Below are positions 26,758 to 36,464 of a stretch of 64,000 nucleotides of DNA, one piece after another (the first letter of the stretch is position 1; every line of letters starts with the position of its first letter). Both the position numbers and the translations under genes were made by a program. Under the pieces are notes generated by a model. It ran no database searches, had not been told where the DNA came from, and saw only the letters and a list, made by a program, of their open reading frames with translations. Origin of the DNA: Candidatus Falkowbacteria bacterium (GTDB lineage: Bacteria; Patescibacteriota; Patescibacteriia; JAACEG01); assembly GCA_018651725.1 (NCBI GenBank), contig JABIDK010000005.1, positions 64,064 to 128,063 of the forward strand, in the 5' to 3' direction.

Positions 26758-26830
26758 TAGACTTGTTACATAATAAGCTATGTACCAAAATATGGGGATT
26801 GCAGTAATAGCTTATTATGTAACAAGTCTA
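26758..26830. repeat. Palindromic element, copy 1. 24-bp perfect inverted repeat TAGACTTGTTACATAATAAGCTAT with a 25-nt loop.
   Basis: Left arm 26758-26781, right arm 26807-26830. Loop GTACCAAAATATGGGGATTGCAGTA. A related copy lies at 54037-54195. Confidence 0.85.
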
Positions 26831-26870
26831 ATGAACCTTACATTTCAAACTAAACATAGAGGAGAGTAGC

Positions 26871-28055
26871 ATGAGACAATTATCGTCAAGATTTCAAATG
26901 TTAAGAAAAACTTTTCTAGGCTCTTTTTTATCTCGCAAACAACAGGAAGACGTAATTTCTTTGTGCATTGGAGAGCCTTTTTTTGACACCCCTCAACACA
27001 TAAAGGAGCGAGGAATTCAAGCTATAAACAAAAACAAAACAAAGTATACTTCTGCCAATGGGTCACTTGCCACCAGACAAGCAATCCAATCGTTTTTAAG
27101 TCAAGAATATCATGCTTTTTATGACTTGGATTCAATAATGGTTTCTCCTGGAGCTAAGCCGCTTATTACAGCTGCTCTTGCCGTGCTTACTGGGGACTGG
27201 AGATATGTTTTTATCCCGGCTCCATATTATCCGCCTTTTTATAATATTTCAGTATTACAAAGTAAGTCATTATTATCGTGTCCAATGTTAGTAGATACTA
27301 GGGAGGATGATTTCCAGATAACTGGCGAGGCTATAAAAAGGGTAATCGGGAATTTGTACGACGAAGAAAGCGTGGATTCTAGCGTCTTAATTCTTAATTC
27401 TCCTAATAACCCAACCGGCGTTGTCTATACCAGAAAAAATTTGGAATCTGTGGCCAAGGTAGTTAAAGAGTATGACATGTGGGTTATCTTGGACGAAAGT
27501 TATCTTGATTTTACTTACAATAATGATTATTGTTTTTTTGCAGATTTGTCCGATATGGCGGAAAGAACTGTGGTTATCAGAAGTTTTAGTAAAACTTACG
27601 CTATGACCGGCTGGAGAATGGGGTATGTTCTTGGGCCGCCAAAGGTGGTTAATAATATTAATGCATACATGAATAATTGCATAGGGTGTGCTTCTAGTAT
27701 TTCCCAGGAGGCGGCAATTGCTGCCCTGCAAAGTTCAGTAATGGCTGATGACGTGCGAGAATCGTTTCTAATAAATAGAAATATTTTGTTGGAGTGGTTG
27801 ACAGACAATAGTATTCCTTTCGTTGAACCACAAGGAGCCTTTTACGTGTTTCCGGATTTATCAGAATATTGTTTTTCTGGTGGATTCAAGGACGCTACCG
27901 AAATAGTAGGGTATTGCCTGGAAAAGGCCAGGGTAGCCATAACTCCCGGACTTGATTTTGGAGACATGTACAAGAATTTTGTTCGTATTTCGTATTCTGT
28001 TTCTACGGACAAATTAAAACAGGCCTTAGTAAGGCTTGAAGAATTAATAAATTAA
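26871..28055 (+). CDS. Class I/II pyridoxal-phosphate aminotransferase (aromatic/aspartate aminotransferase-like)
   Basis: PLP-lysine motif SFSKTYAMTGWRMGY. SD GAGGAGAG upstream. It is the third gene after pheA and tyrA. Confidence 0.8.
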   Translation: MRQLSSRFQMLRKTFLGSFLSRKQQEDVISLCIGEPFFDTPQHIKERGIQAINKNKTKYTSANGSLATRQAIQSFLSQEYHAFYDLDSIMVSPGAKPLITAALAVLTGDWRYVFIPAPYYPPFYNISVLQSKSLLSCPMLVDTREDDFQITGEAIKRVIGNLYDEESVDSSVLILNSPNNPTGVVYTRKNLESVAKVVKEYDMWVILDESYLDFTYNNDYCFFADLSDMAERTVVIRSFSKTYAMTGWRMGYVLGPPKVVNNINAYMNNCIGCASSISQEAAIAALQSSVMADDVRESFLINRNILLEWLTDNSIPFVEPQGAFYVFPDLSEYCFSGGFKDATEIVGYCLEKARVAITPGLDFGDMYKNFVRISYSVSTDKLKQALVRLEELIN

Positions 28056-28094
28056 GAGGAGGATCCGCTAACCAACGGATAAAATAATAATACA

Positions 28095-28125
28095 AGGATA
28101 AGCTTTCGAGCTTATCCTTTTTCTT
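28095..28125 (+). terminator. Rho-independent terminator (overlaps the 3' end of the convergent gene)
   Basis: AGGATAAGCT-ttcg-AGCTTATCCT followed by TTTTCTTT. Confidence 0.55.
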
Positions 28126-29347
28126 TGCAAATATTTTCTTCACAGCTCATCGGCACATAGCAATAAGGTAAATAGCCATTTTTTTTACAACATGGTCCAC
28201 CTAAATATCCGCAATCAACTTTTTTAATGAAAACTTGAGTAATAAAAAAGTAATTATTAATTTCTGCTATGCCGATTCCGGCTTCATTATAGTCAGCGGT
28301 TAATATATTTTTTCGATGGCCGGGGCTGTTCATCCAACCAACCACAGCATCGTCAATAACTTCATTGTCTGTATTAAAAATTGTTTCTATTATTTCAACT
28401 TCCGGATTTTGGGATAGTAAATTTTGCCTTAACTCTATTTCCTCTTGAATGATATTTTCTTTTCCTTCTTCCGGAGAGTTGTTTAGTTTTGACTTGAAAG
28501 TACTCTCTAAATTTTTATTACTACATTCATAAACAGCTTCGCTTTGGTAGCTTATTTTTTTTATCCTTGGAATTAAAGCAATGTTTTCTCCGCTTGACCC
28601 AAAATAATAAACATCTCTGTTATTAAGGCGTTCGCTTTGGTAAAGTCCAAACTCATAGCCTTCGTGATGAATCATTGGATAGTTACAGATTACGCCAAGC
28701 TCTGTTAAGATTTTATTTTCTTCGGCTAAATTTGCGCTATGTTCTCTAGCAACTTTTGCCACCTCGCTATTCCACAAAAGCGATTCTAGCCCTTCTTTTG
28801 TTCTCTCGATATTTATTAAATCATGAATATCGCTTTCCATTTCAGAAAATAAAAATTCACTATTAGAAAGAGCAGATTGAATCCTATTTAAATCATTGTT
28901 AGTAATTCCAAGTCCCAGTTCACGCATCAAATTAAAAGCATCAAGCGGTCGACCTAAAAAATATCTTTGGCTATTGTCAGGATTTATATACCAAGCTTCT
29001 CCGTTTTGTTCAACTTGTAAAAATATTTTACCTTTATGTTTTTCAGCAAAATTTAAGTCAACTTTTTCTTCTTCGGAGTTATCATTAATAACCGGAATTT
29101 TACTAAGGTCGTTATCTGTAATGCCAATTCCAAGTTCACGCATTAAATTAAAGGCATCAAGTGGCCGACCCATATAATAACGTTTTTTATCAACCGGATT
29201 TACATACCAGGACTCCCCATGAGACTCAACTTGCAGAAGGATTTTTCCTGATAAACGACTAGACAAGGTTTCAGCAGAGACCTGACTCGCAGATATCAAA
29301 GAGAATAAAAAAAACAAGATGAAAATTTTTAAAATATTTTTTTTCAT
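28112..29347 (-). CDS. Secreted protein with two about 90-aa N-terminal repeats and a C-terminal CAP/SCP (YkwD-like) domain
   Basis: Signal peptide. Duplicated unit (K)ILLQVE..GE.WY(V/I)NP...RY(Y/F)(M/L)GRPLDAFNLMRELG(I/L)GITNNDL. C-terminal GWMNSPGHRKNIL..YNEAGIGIA, as in CAP-domain proteins. Confidence 0.6.
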   Translation of the reverse strand: MKKNILKIFILFFLFSLISASQVSAETLSSRLSGKILLQVESHGESWYVNPVDKKRYYMGRPLDAFNLMRELGIGITDNDLSKIPVINDNSEEEKVDLNFAEKHKGKIFLQVEQNGEAWYINPDNSQRYFLGRPLDAFNLMRELGLGITNNDLNRIQSALSNSEFLFSEMESDIHDLINIERTKEGLESLLWNSEVAKVAREHSANLAEENKILTELGVICNYPMIHHEGYEFGLYQSERLNNRDVYYFGSSGENIALIPRIKKISYQSEAVYECSNKNLESTFKSKLNNSPEEGKENIIQEEIELRQNLLSQNPEVEIIETIFNTDNEVIDDAVVGWMNSPGHRKNILTADYNEAGIGIAEINNYFFITQVFIKKVDCGYLGGPCCKKNGYLPYCYVPMSCEENICKEKG

Positions 29348-29446
29348 ATTTCAAGATTTGTTGTTTAATAAGTTTATTATACTATAGTAGATCGATTAAG
29401 CAAAATAAAAAACAGTCCCATCATATCGAGAAACTGTTTTTAAAAG

Positions 29447-29623
29447 TTATTTTGCGTTTTTGGCGATTGTTTTAAGGCAACTGGTACAAGCTTTTGTTTT
29501 TTTGCCTTCTATTTTTTTAGTTTGCAAATTAAGGTATTGCTTTCTCTTGGTAGCCACCATAGAATGACTGCGGCTGTTCCCACTTAAAGCTTTTCGCCCG
29601 CAAACTTCGCATCTTCTGGACAT
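29447..29623 (-). CDS. rpmB: 50S ribosomal protein L28
   Basis: [34 protein letters not shown] matches the L28 N-terminal consensus (M.r.C...GK....Gn..SHs...tkR...pNLq). The track start at 29638 adds 5 aa. Confidence 0.75.
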   Translation of the reverse strand: MSRRCEVCGRKALSGNSRSHSMVATKRKQYLNLQTKKIEGKKTKACTSCLKTIAKNAK

Positions 29624-29694
29624 AGATTTATTTTTCAATTTATTTTATTATTTATAATAAAAAGGTTAGCATGTTTTTTTGTTTTTGGCAAGGG

Positions 29695-29722
29695 TTGACA
29701 TATTTTTCTATTTTTTTATAAT
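29695..29722 (+). promoter_or_regulatory. Sigma70-type promoter TTGACA-N16-TATAAT for groES-groEL
   Basis: TTGACA at 29695-29700 and TATAAT at 29717-29722. Confidence 0.55.
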
Positions 29723-29732
29723 TAAAGAATAA

Positions 29733-29759
29733 TTAGCACTTTCATATTATGAGTGCTAA
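29733..29759 (+). promoter_or_regulatory. CIRCE element (HrcA operator) TTAGCACTT-N9-GAGTGCTAA
   Basis: One mismatch to the consensus TTAGCACTC-N9-GAGTGCTAA. It sits between the promoter and the groES start. Confidence 0.8.
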
Positions 29760-29836
29760 TTTTTTAATAAATCTGATAATTAATTTTGAGATTAAGCAAT
29801 AAATTTTGTTGCTTAAACTCAGATAAACTTAATTTT

Positions 29837-30127
29837 ATGAACATAAAACCACTTGGTGATAATGTTATTGTAAAACCAATCACTAAAGATGAAGTAACTA
29901 AATCCGGTATTGTTTTGCCGGATACTGTTGACAAAGAACGCCCGGAAAAAGGTGAAGTTGTTGCAGTTGGACCAGGGAAAATGACCGCGGAGGGAAAAAG
30001 AATTGAAATGAGCGTTAGAGAAGGAGACAAAATTTTATTTAAAAAATACAGTCCGGACGAAATTAAGATTGAAGGTCAAGAAGTCTTAGTAATTTCAGAA
30101 GGAGATATAATCGCAATATTAAATTAA
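29837..30127 (+). CDS. groES: Co-chaperonin GroES
   Basis: MNIKPLGDNVIVKPI..KSGIVLPDT..EKGEVVAVGPG matches Cpn10. The track ORF starts at an upstream TTG (29786); the ATG at 29837 gives the canonical N-terminus. Confidence 0.9.
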   Translation: MNIKPLGDNVIVKPITKDEVTKSGIVLPDTVDKERPEKGEVVAVGPGKMTAEGKRIEMSVREGDKILFKKYSPDEIKIEGQEVLVISEGDIIAILN

Positions 30128-30182
30128 GTTATTTAACTATTTAAAATAGATTGTTTAAATGTTTATATGCTTAAATGTTTAA

Positions 30183-31865
<1,683 letters not shown>

Positions 31866-31906
31866 AAAGTTAGTAATCAGTAACTAGTAATTAGGAATAT
31901 TTAAAA

Positions 31907-31941
31907 ATCCGGAGAGAACACTCTCCGGATTTTATTTATTT
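31907..31941. terminator. Bidirectional rho-independent terminator
   Basis: ATCCGGAGAG-aaca-CTCTCCGGAT followed by TTTATTTATTT. Confidence 0.7.
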
Positions 31942-31946
31942 AGCAT

Positions 31947-33005
31947 TTATTTTCCGATTTCTTTTTTGAAAAAATCTACAAACGGAACAGGCGAGGGATT
32001 TATTTTATTCAACATTGCTAAATAAAAACTAGCGTAGCTTCCGAAAACAAGAGCTTCAAAAACTTGATCAAGTTTGGTTTTTGAGCTTAAAGAATATTCA
32101 GTAAAATTGATTTTGTTTTTTTTAATAACTTTTTTTGTTATCTCATATCGCTTTTGGTTTCGTTTATGATAAAGGTGTGAATTTAAAAATATAAAACAAA
32201 GATTTTTTTGATTTGATTTTGGTTCTCTCAACCCTTCCAACAGATGGTGATTTATATTCGGCAGCTCCATTCGAGTTGAAAAGTTTTTAGCGTTTTCATT
32301 TATTTGATTATTAAAGGCGTGAATGTTTCCCAAAAGAATTTCCGAGCCAATAACAATCGGTATTTTATTATGAATTTTTTTAGCAACTTCAAGGGAGTAG
32401 TTATTTTTTTTGTTTTCAATGTTAAATTTGTTATTAAACTTTTTAATTGTTTTAATAACACTCTTGAATTCTTTGTTGGTTATTTTTAACAATCCAAGTT
32501 TATTAAAAATAATAATTTGTCCAAAGATAGAATAACCCAGCCCCATTCTTGGTTCGTTGCAGGGGTTGTTTTTGGGTTCAAAAATATAGCTTGGAATTTT
32601 ATATTTTAAAGCAAATTTTTTTAATTTTCCTCCGGTAGTTATGATGAATATTTTCGCTCCTTTTTTACGTGCTTCTTTTAAAGTTGATAAAGTCTCCTCG
32701 GTTGTTCCGGAGTAGCTCGATATAATACAAAGTGTTTTTTTATTTACATAATTTGGTAAATTATAGTCTTTCACGATTTCTATCGGCACTTTTAATTCTT
32801 GTTTATATAAATTTTTTATAATATAACCGCCCAAATTAGAGGCCCCCATCCCACTGACAATAATATTATCTATGTTTTTATAGTTGCTAGGGATTTTAAT
32901 ACTATTTTGTTCCTCCAAAACTTGTTTACATTGTGAAGACAAACTTGCAATAGAAGAATACATATTTTTTTTATCCAGTTTTTGAATTGTTTTTTGATTG
33001 ATCAT
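31947..33005 (-). CDS. SIS-domain sugar-phosphate isomerase (bifunctional phosphoglucose/phosphomannose isomerase-like)
   Basis: SIS motifs IVSGMGASNLGG and CIISSYSGTTEETLSTLKEARKKGAKIFIITTGG. Confidence 0.55.
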   Translation of the reverse strand: MINQKTIQKLDKKNMYSSIASLSSQCKQVLEEQNSIKIPSNYKNIDNIIVSGMGASNLGGYIIKNLYKQELKVPIEIVKDYNLPNYVNKKTLCIISSYSGTTEETLSTLKEARKKGAKIFIITTGGKLKKFALKYKIPSYIFEPKNNPCNEPRMGLGYSIFGQIIIFNKLGLLKITNKEFKSVIKTIKKFNNKFNIENKKNNYSLEVAKKIHNKIPIVIGSEILLGNIHAFNNQINENAKNFSTRMELPNINHHLLEGLREPKSNQKNLCFIFLNSHLYHKRNQKRYEITKKVIKKNKINFTEYSLSSKTKLDQVFEALVFGSYASFYLAMLNKINPSPVPFVDFFKKEIGK

Positions 33006-33419
33006 AAATTATAGTTTTTTATTTTTATTTATGTTATTATGTTATAATAATCTCATATTAACATTTAAACATTTAAACAGCAAGACGCATCTAGTTTGTC
33101 ATCCTGAGCAACCCGCTAGAACGGGGAATCGAAGGATCTCGTCGTTTAATGCTTAGACTATCCTCTAAAAAATCAACATTATTTCACATTATTTTTTTAA
33201 TGACCATTTTTTGCATCGCCATATTTAACCACATTGAAACAAGCTGTGACGACACGGCGGTATTGGTTTATTTTAAAAAGTTTGATATAATAGAAATAGA
33301 ATATAGAATAACAAATTAACAGTTTATCTCGCCTCAGCGGGACCCCGCCTTCTTTAAGGTAAAATTATAGGTGGCGGGATAATTCATAATTCATAATTCA
33401 TAATTTACAATTAGCTTTT

Positions 33420-34190
33420 ATGTTTGACAAAAATCTCAGAGCTCCAAGCTCTCCAAATCAAAATCCAAATCAAAGTCCGCAACCTCAAGTACCGAATGTT
33501 TCAACAGGAGAACCTAAAAAACCGGTTGAGGATATGTTTTCTCCAACTGATTCTGTGCCTCAAAAGAATATTAATGAGGCGCAAAAACAGGAAAATATTT
33601 CCAATATTTTAAAGCCCGAAACAAGTAATGCTAATGTAAGTCCTGCTAATGCAAGTCAAATTCCACCGAACTTGCCAGCCGCCAAAGTGGGATTGACTCC
33701 AGAAAAGCATAACCCTAAAAACAAAGGAGTATTTTTTGTTTTAGTTATTATTATTTTTTTACTGATTGCTCTTGGCGCTGGTGCTTGGTATTATTTTAAT
33801 TATTTGGCTGTGCCGGATGTTATTGAGGATCAAATTATAGATGAAAAAGAGAACGAGCAAGCAGCACAAGAAAACATTAACATTAATACACCTGTTGTAA
33901 ATGAGAATGTTAATATAAATAAAAATATTAGTCCGACCACGATAATATTTGACTCTGACCTTGATTCCGATGGATTAACAGATGACGAAGAAAAAAAACT
34001 TGGAACAAATATTAATTTAGCTGATAGCGATAACGATGGTCTTTTGGACAGAGAAGAGATAAGAATATATAAAACAAATCCGTTAAATCCGGACACCGAT
34101 GGAGACGGACATAAAGATGGAGATGAAATAAAAGGTGGCTATAACCCGAATGGCCCGGGGAAGTTAGATGTTAAGTCTATGTTTAATTAA
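33420..34190 (+). CDS. Membrane-anchored surface protein with thrombospondin type-3-like Ca-binding repeats
   Basis: Pro/Gln/Asn-rich N-terminus, one TM helix, then DSDLDSDGLTDDEE, DSDNDGLLDREE and DTDGDGHKDGDE repeats. Confidence 0.5.
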   Translation: MFDKNLRAPSSPNQNPNQSPQPQVPNVSTGEPKKPVEDMFSPTDSVPQKNINEAQKQENISNILKPETSNANVSPANASQIPPNLPAAKVGLTPEKHNPKNKGVFFVLVIIIFLLIALGAGAWYYFNYLAVPDVIEDQIIDEKENEQAAQENININTPVVNENVNINKNISPTTIIFDSDLDSDGLTDDEEKKLGTNINLADSDNDGLLDREEIRIYKTNPLNPDTDGDGHKDGDEIKGGYNPNGPGKLDVKSMFN

Positions 34191-34207
34191 TATATTTGTC
34201 ATAATTT

Positions 34208-35245
34208 ATGTTTTTCCATAAAAAAAATAAAAATCAAAAACAGGAAGAAAAAAATCCTAACAAAGGCATAGATATTCATGTAATGCCAAAAAAGTTTTTA
34301 AGAAAAGCTGACGTTAATGACAAAGGCTCAAATGCCGCAGTGTTTGTTTTGATATTTTTAATAGTGCTTGGCGTAGCAGCTTATTTTTTAAGTAACTATA
34401 TTTTTCCAAATGGAGTTTCTTTTTTAAAAAATAATTCTAATAAAGTTGCTGTAAACGATAGTGCAAATAAAAACAGCAATATGCTTGAAAATGAAAATAC
34501 AAATATAAATGAAAACATAAACGATTCAATCTTAAACAGAAATTATAATACAAACACTAACACTAACGCTAATACAAACACTAACACTAATACAAACACT
34601 AACACTAACACTAACGCTAATACAAACACTAACACTAACACTAACGCTAATACAAACACAAGTGTTATTCCTGTTATCCCAATTTCTTCAGACAAAGACT
34701 ATGATACTTTGACTGACATTGAAGAGGCTATTTACAAAACCAATCCAAGTATTTCCGATACAGACAAGGACGGATTTTTGGACGGGCAAGAGCTTGCTAA
34801 TTTATATGATCCGTTGATAGGAGGATCAGTAAGAATAGAAGATTCCAGTCTGATCGATAAATATATTAATCCAACTTATGGTTACTCTATTTTATATCCA
34901 AAAAGTTGGCAGGTAGCTCCTCTTGGCGGTGGAGATCAGGAGATAACTTTTGTTTCTTCTAACAAAGAATTTATTGAGGTGACGGTTATGGATAATTCTG
35001 AGGGACTAACAGCGGTCGGGTGGTATTTAAATCAAATTCCAAAGAGTTCGGGATATAAAGCTGAAAGAGTTTGGGCAAATAATTTTATGGGTATAAAAAG
35101 TCTAGACGGAATGCATGTTTATTTAACTCCAATCTCTGGAAAAAGGAATTTTATTTACACAATTTCTTATATGGTTGGAAGTCACGCCTATATCAGTTAT
35201 CCAGCAACTTTCCAAATGATGATAAGAAGTTTCGATGCCATATGA
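34208..35245 (+). CDS. Membrane-anchored protein with an (Asn-Thr)n low-complexity tract, a TSP3-like repeat and a C-terminal globular domain
   Basis: TM helix. NTNTNTNANTNT... encoded by a hexanucleotide tandem repeat. DKDYDTLTDIEE and DTDKDGFLDGQE motifs. Confidence 0.5.
   Translation: MFFHKKNKNQKQEEKNPNKGIDIHVMPKKFLRKADVNDKGSNAAVFVLIFLIVLGVAAYFLSNYIFPNGVSFLKNNSNKVAVNDSANKNSNMLENENTNINENINDSILNRNYNTNTNTNANTNTNTNTNTNTNTNANTNTNTNTNANTNTSVIPVIPISSDKDYDTLTDIEEAIYKTNPSISDTDKDGFLDGQELANLYDPLIGGSVRIEDSSLIDKYINPTYGYSILYPKSWQVAPLGGGDQEITFVSSNKEFIEVTVMDNSEGLTAVGWYLNQIPKSSGYKAERVWANNFMGIKSLDGMHVYLTPISGKRNFIYTISYMVGSHAYISYPATFQMMIRSFDAI
34548..34670 (+). repeat. In-frame hexanucleotide tandem repeat (AACACT/AATACA/AACGCT units) encoding the (NT)n tract
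   Basis: About 20 consecutive 6-nt units with minor variation, inside CDS 34208-35245. Confidence 0.8.
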
Positions 35246-35649
35246 TAACTTGGGAAGTAAATCAAAAAGCAGGCAGAAAAATTCCCAAAGATTTTTTTAA
35301 TAATATAATAAAAACATCTTTTAAAATATTAAAAATAAAAAAAGCAAATGTTTCTATAGCAATAGTTAAAGAGGAAGATATTAAAAAAGCCAATAAAATA
35401 TATCGTCATAAAGATAAAGTAACAGATGTTTTAAGTTTTATTTACGAAAAAAATCCATTAGAAGGAGAGATCTTACTTTGTTATAAAAAAGTTTCAGAAC
35501 AAGCCAAGGAGAAAGGTCATAGTTTAAACCAAGAAACAAAAATATTATTAATTCATGGGCTGGTTCATCTGGTAGGATATGATCATAAGAAAAAAAGGCA
35601 AGCAAATGAGATGAAGCAAATCGAAGCTATGATATTGAAAAAGATATAA
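35242..35649 (+). CDS. ybeY: rRNA maturation endoribonuclease YbeY
   Basis: Zinc-binding motif HGLVHLVGYDH (consensus H-G-x-L-H-L-x-G-Y-D-H). Confidence 0.85.
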   Translation: MITWEVNQKAGRKIPKDFFNNIIKTSFKILKIKKANVSIAIVKEEDIKKANKIYRHKDKVTDVLSFIYEKNPLEGEILLCYKKVSEQAKEKGHSLNQETKILLIHGLVHLVGYDHKKKRQANEMKQIEAMILKKI

Positions 35650-35660
35650 TATATAAAAAC

Positions 35661-36026
35661 ATGTTTTTTAATTTTAAAAGAGCTACAAAAAGTTTTGTTT
35701 ACGCCTTTCGTGGCCTTAGATCTGTTTGGAAAAAAGAACAAAATTTTCGATTTCACAGTGTTGCGGCTATTTTAATTTTGATTTTAGCTGTTTTTTTAAA
35801 ACTTGAAAAAACAGACTTTGCAATTATTCTCTTACTAATTGGTGTAGTTTTAATTTTAGAGCTTGTTAACACCGTCTTTGAAAGATTAATCGATATTTTA
35901 AAGCCCCGCATCCACGAATACTCTAAAGAAATAAAAAACATTTCCTCAGCCATAGTCTTAACCGCAGCCATCTTTAGCGTTATAATAGGAACAATCATTT
36001 TCCTACCATATATATGCCACCTTTAA
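35661..36026 (+). CDS. dgkA: Diacylglycerol kinase / undecaprenol kinase (DgkA family)
   Basis: Three TM helices and LILELVNTVFERLIDIL (DgkA signature E-L-x-N-T/S-A/V-I/F-E). Confidence 0.7.
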   Translation: MFFNFKRATKSFVYAFRGLRSVWKKEQNFRFHSVAAILILILAVFLKLEKTDFAIILLLIGVVLILELVNTVFERLIDILKPRIHEYSKEIKNISSAIVLTAAIFSVIIGTIIFLPYICHL

Positions 36027-36451
36027 ACAATCAAAAAAGAATCACCTTCATCTTAATAATACTAATTCTCCTAGTTATAATCAGCGTTACCACGCTTATT
36101 TTTTTTAACCAAAAAGACATTAAAAAAGAAAAAAGTCTTATCTCTGATATTAAAACAGCAGAAACCCCTTTATCTTTTTTAAACAACGAAGAATCAGAGC
36201 CAGACTCTGACCAAGATGGTCTGACCGATAAAGATGAAAAAGAAATCTACAAAACCGATCCCAACAAAAAAGATACCGACAACGATGGTTTATCTGATTC
36301 ACAGGAGATCGTTACCTATCAGACAAACCCTTTAAATAAAGATACCGACAACGATGGTTTTAGAGACAAAGAAGAAATTGAAAGAAACCTTAACCCCAAT
36401 GGAGAAGGTGACAGCAAGAAAGGATATATTCTTCCCTTTGGAAATAAATAG
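36014..36451 (+). CDS. Membrane-anchored TSP3-like repeat protein
   Basis: TM helix, then DSDQDGLTDKDE, DTDNDGLSDSQE and DTDNDGFRDKEE repeats. Confidence 0.5.
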   Translation: MPPLNNQKRITFILIILILLVIISVTTLIFFNQKDIKKEKSLISDIKTAETPLSFLNNEESEPDSDQDGLTDKDEKEIYKTDPNKKDTDNDGLSDSQEIVTYQTNPLNKDTDNDGFRDKEEIERNLNPNGEGDSKKGYILPFGNK

Positions 36452-36464
36452 TAATATCAATATT

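Noticed and set aside
33080-33160. Possible tRNA or tmRNA fragment (GGGGAATCGAAGGATC resembles a T-arm)
   Set aside because: No 7-bp acceptor stem, no anticodon arm and no CCA context can be built on either strand.
34548-34670. Tandem repeats as a CRISPR array
   Set aside because: The units are 6 nt, in frame and coding. No 25-40 nt repeats alternating with unique spacers occur anywhere in the window.
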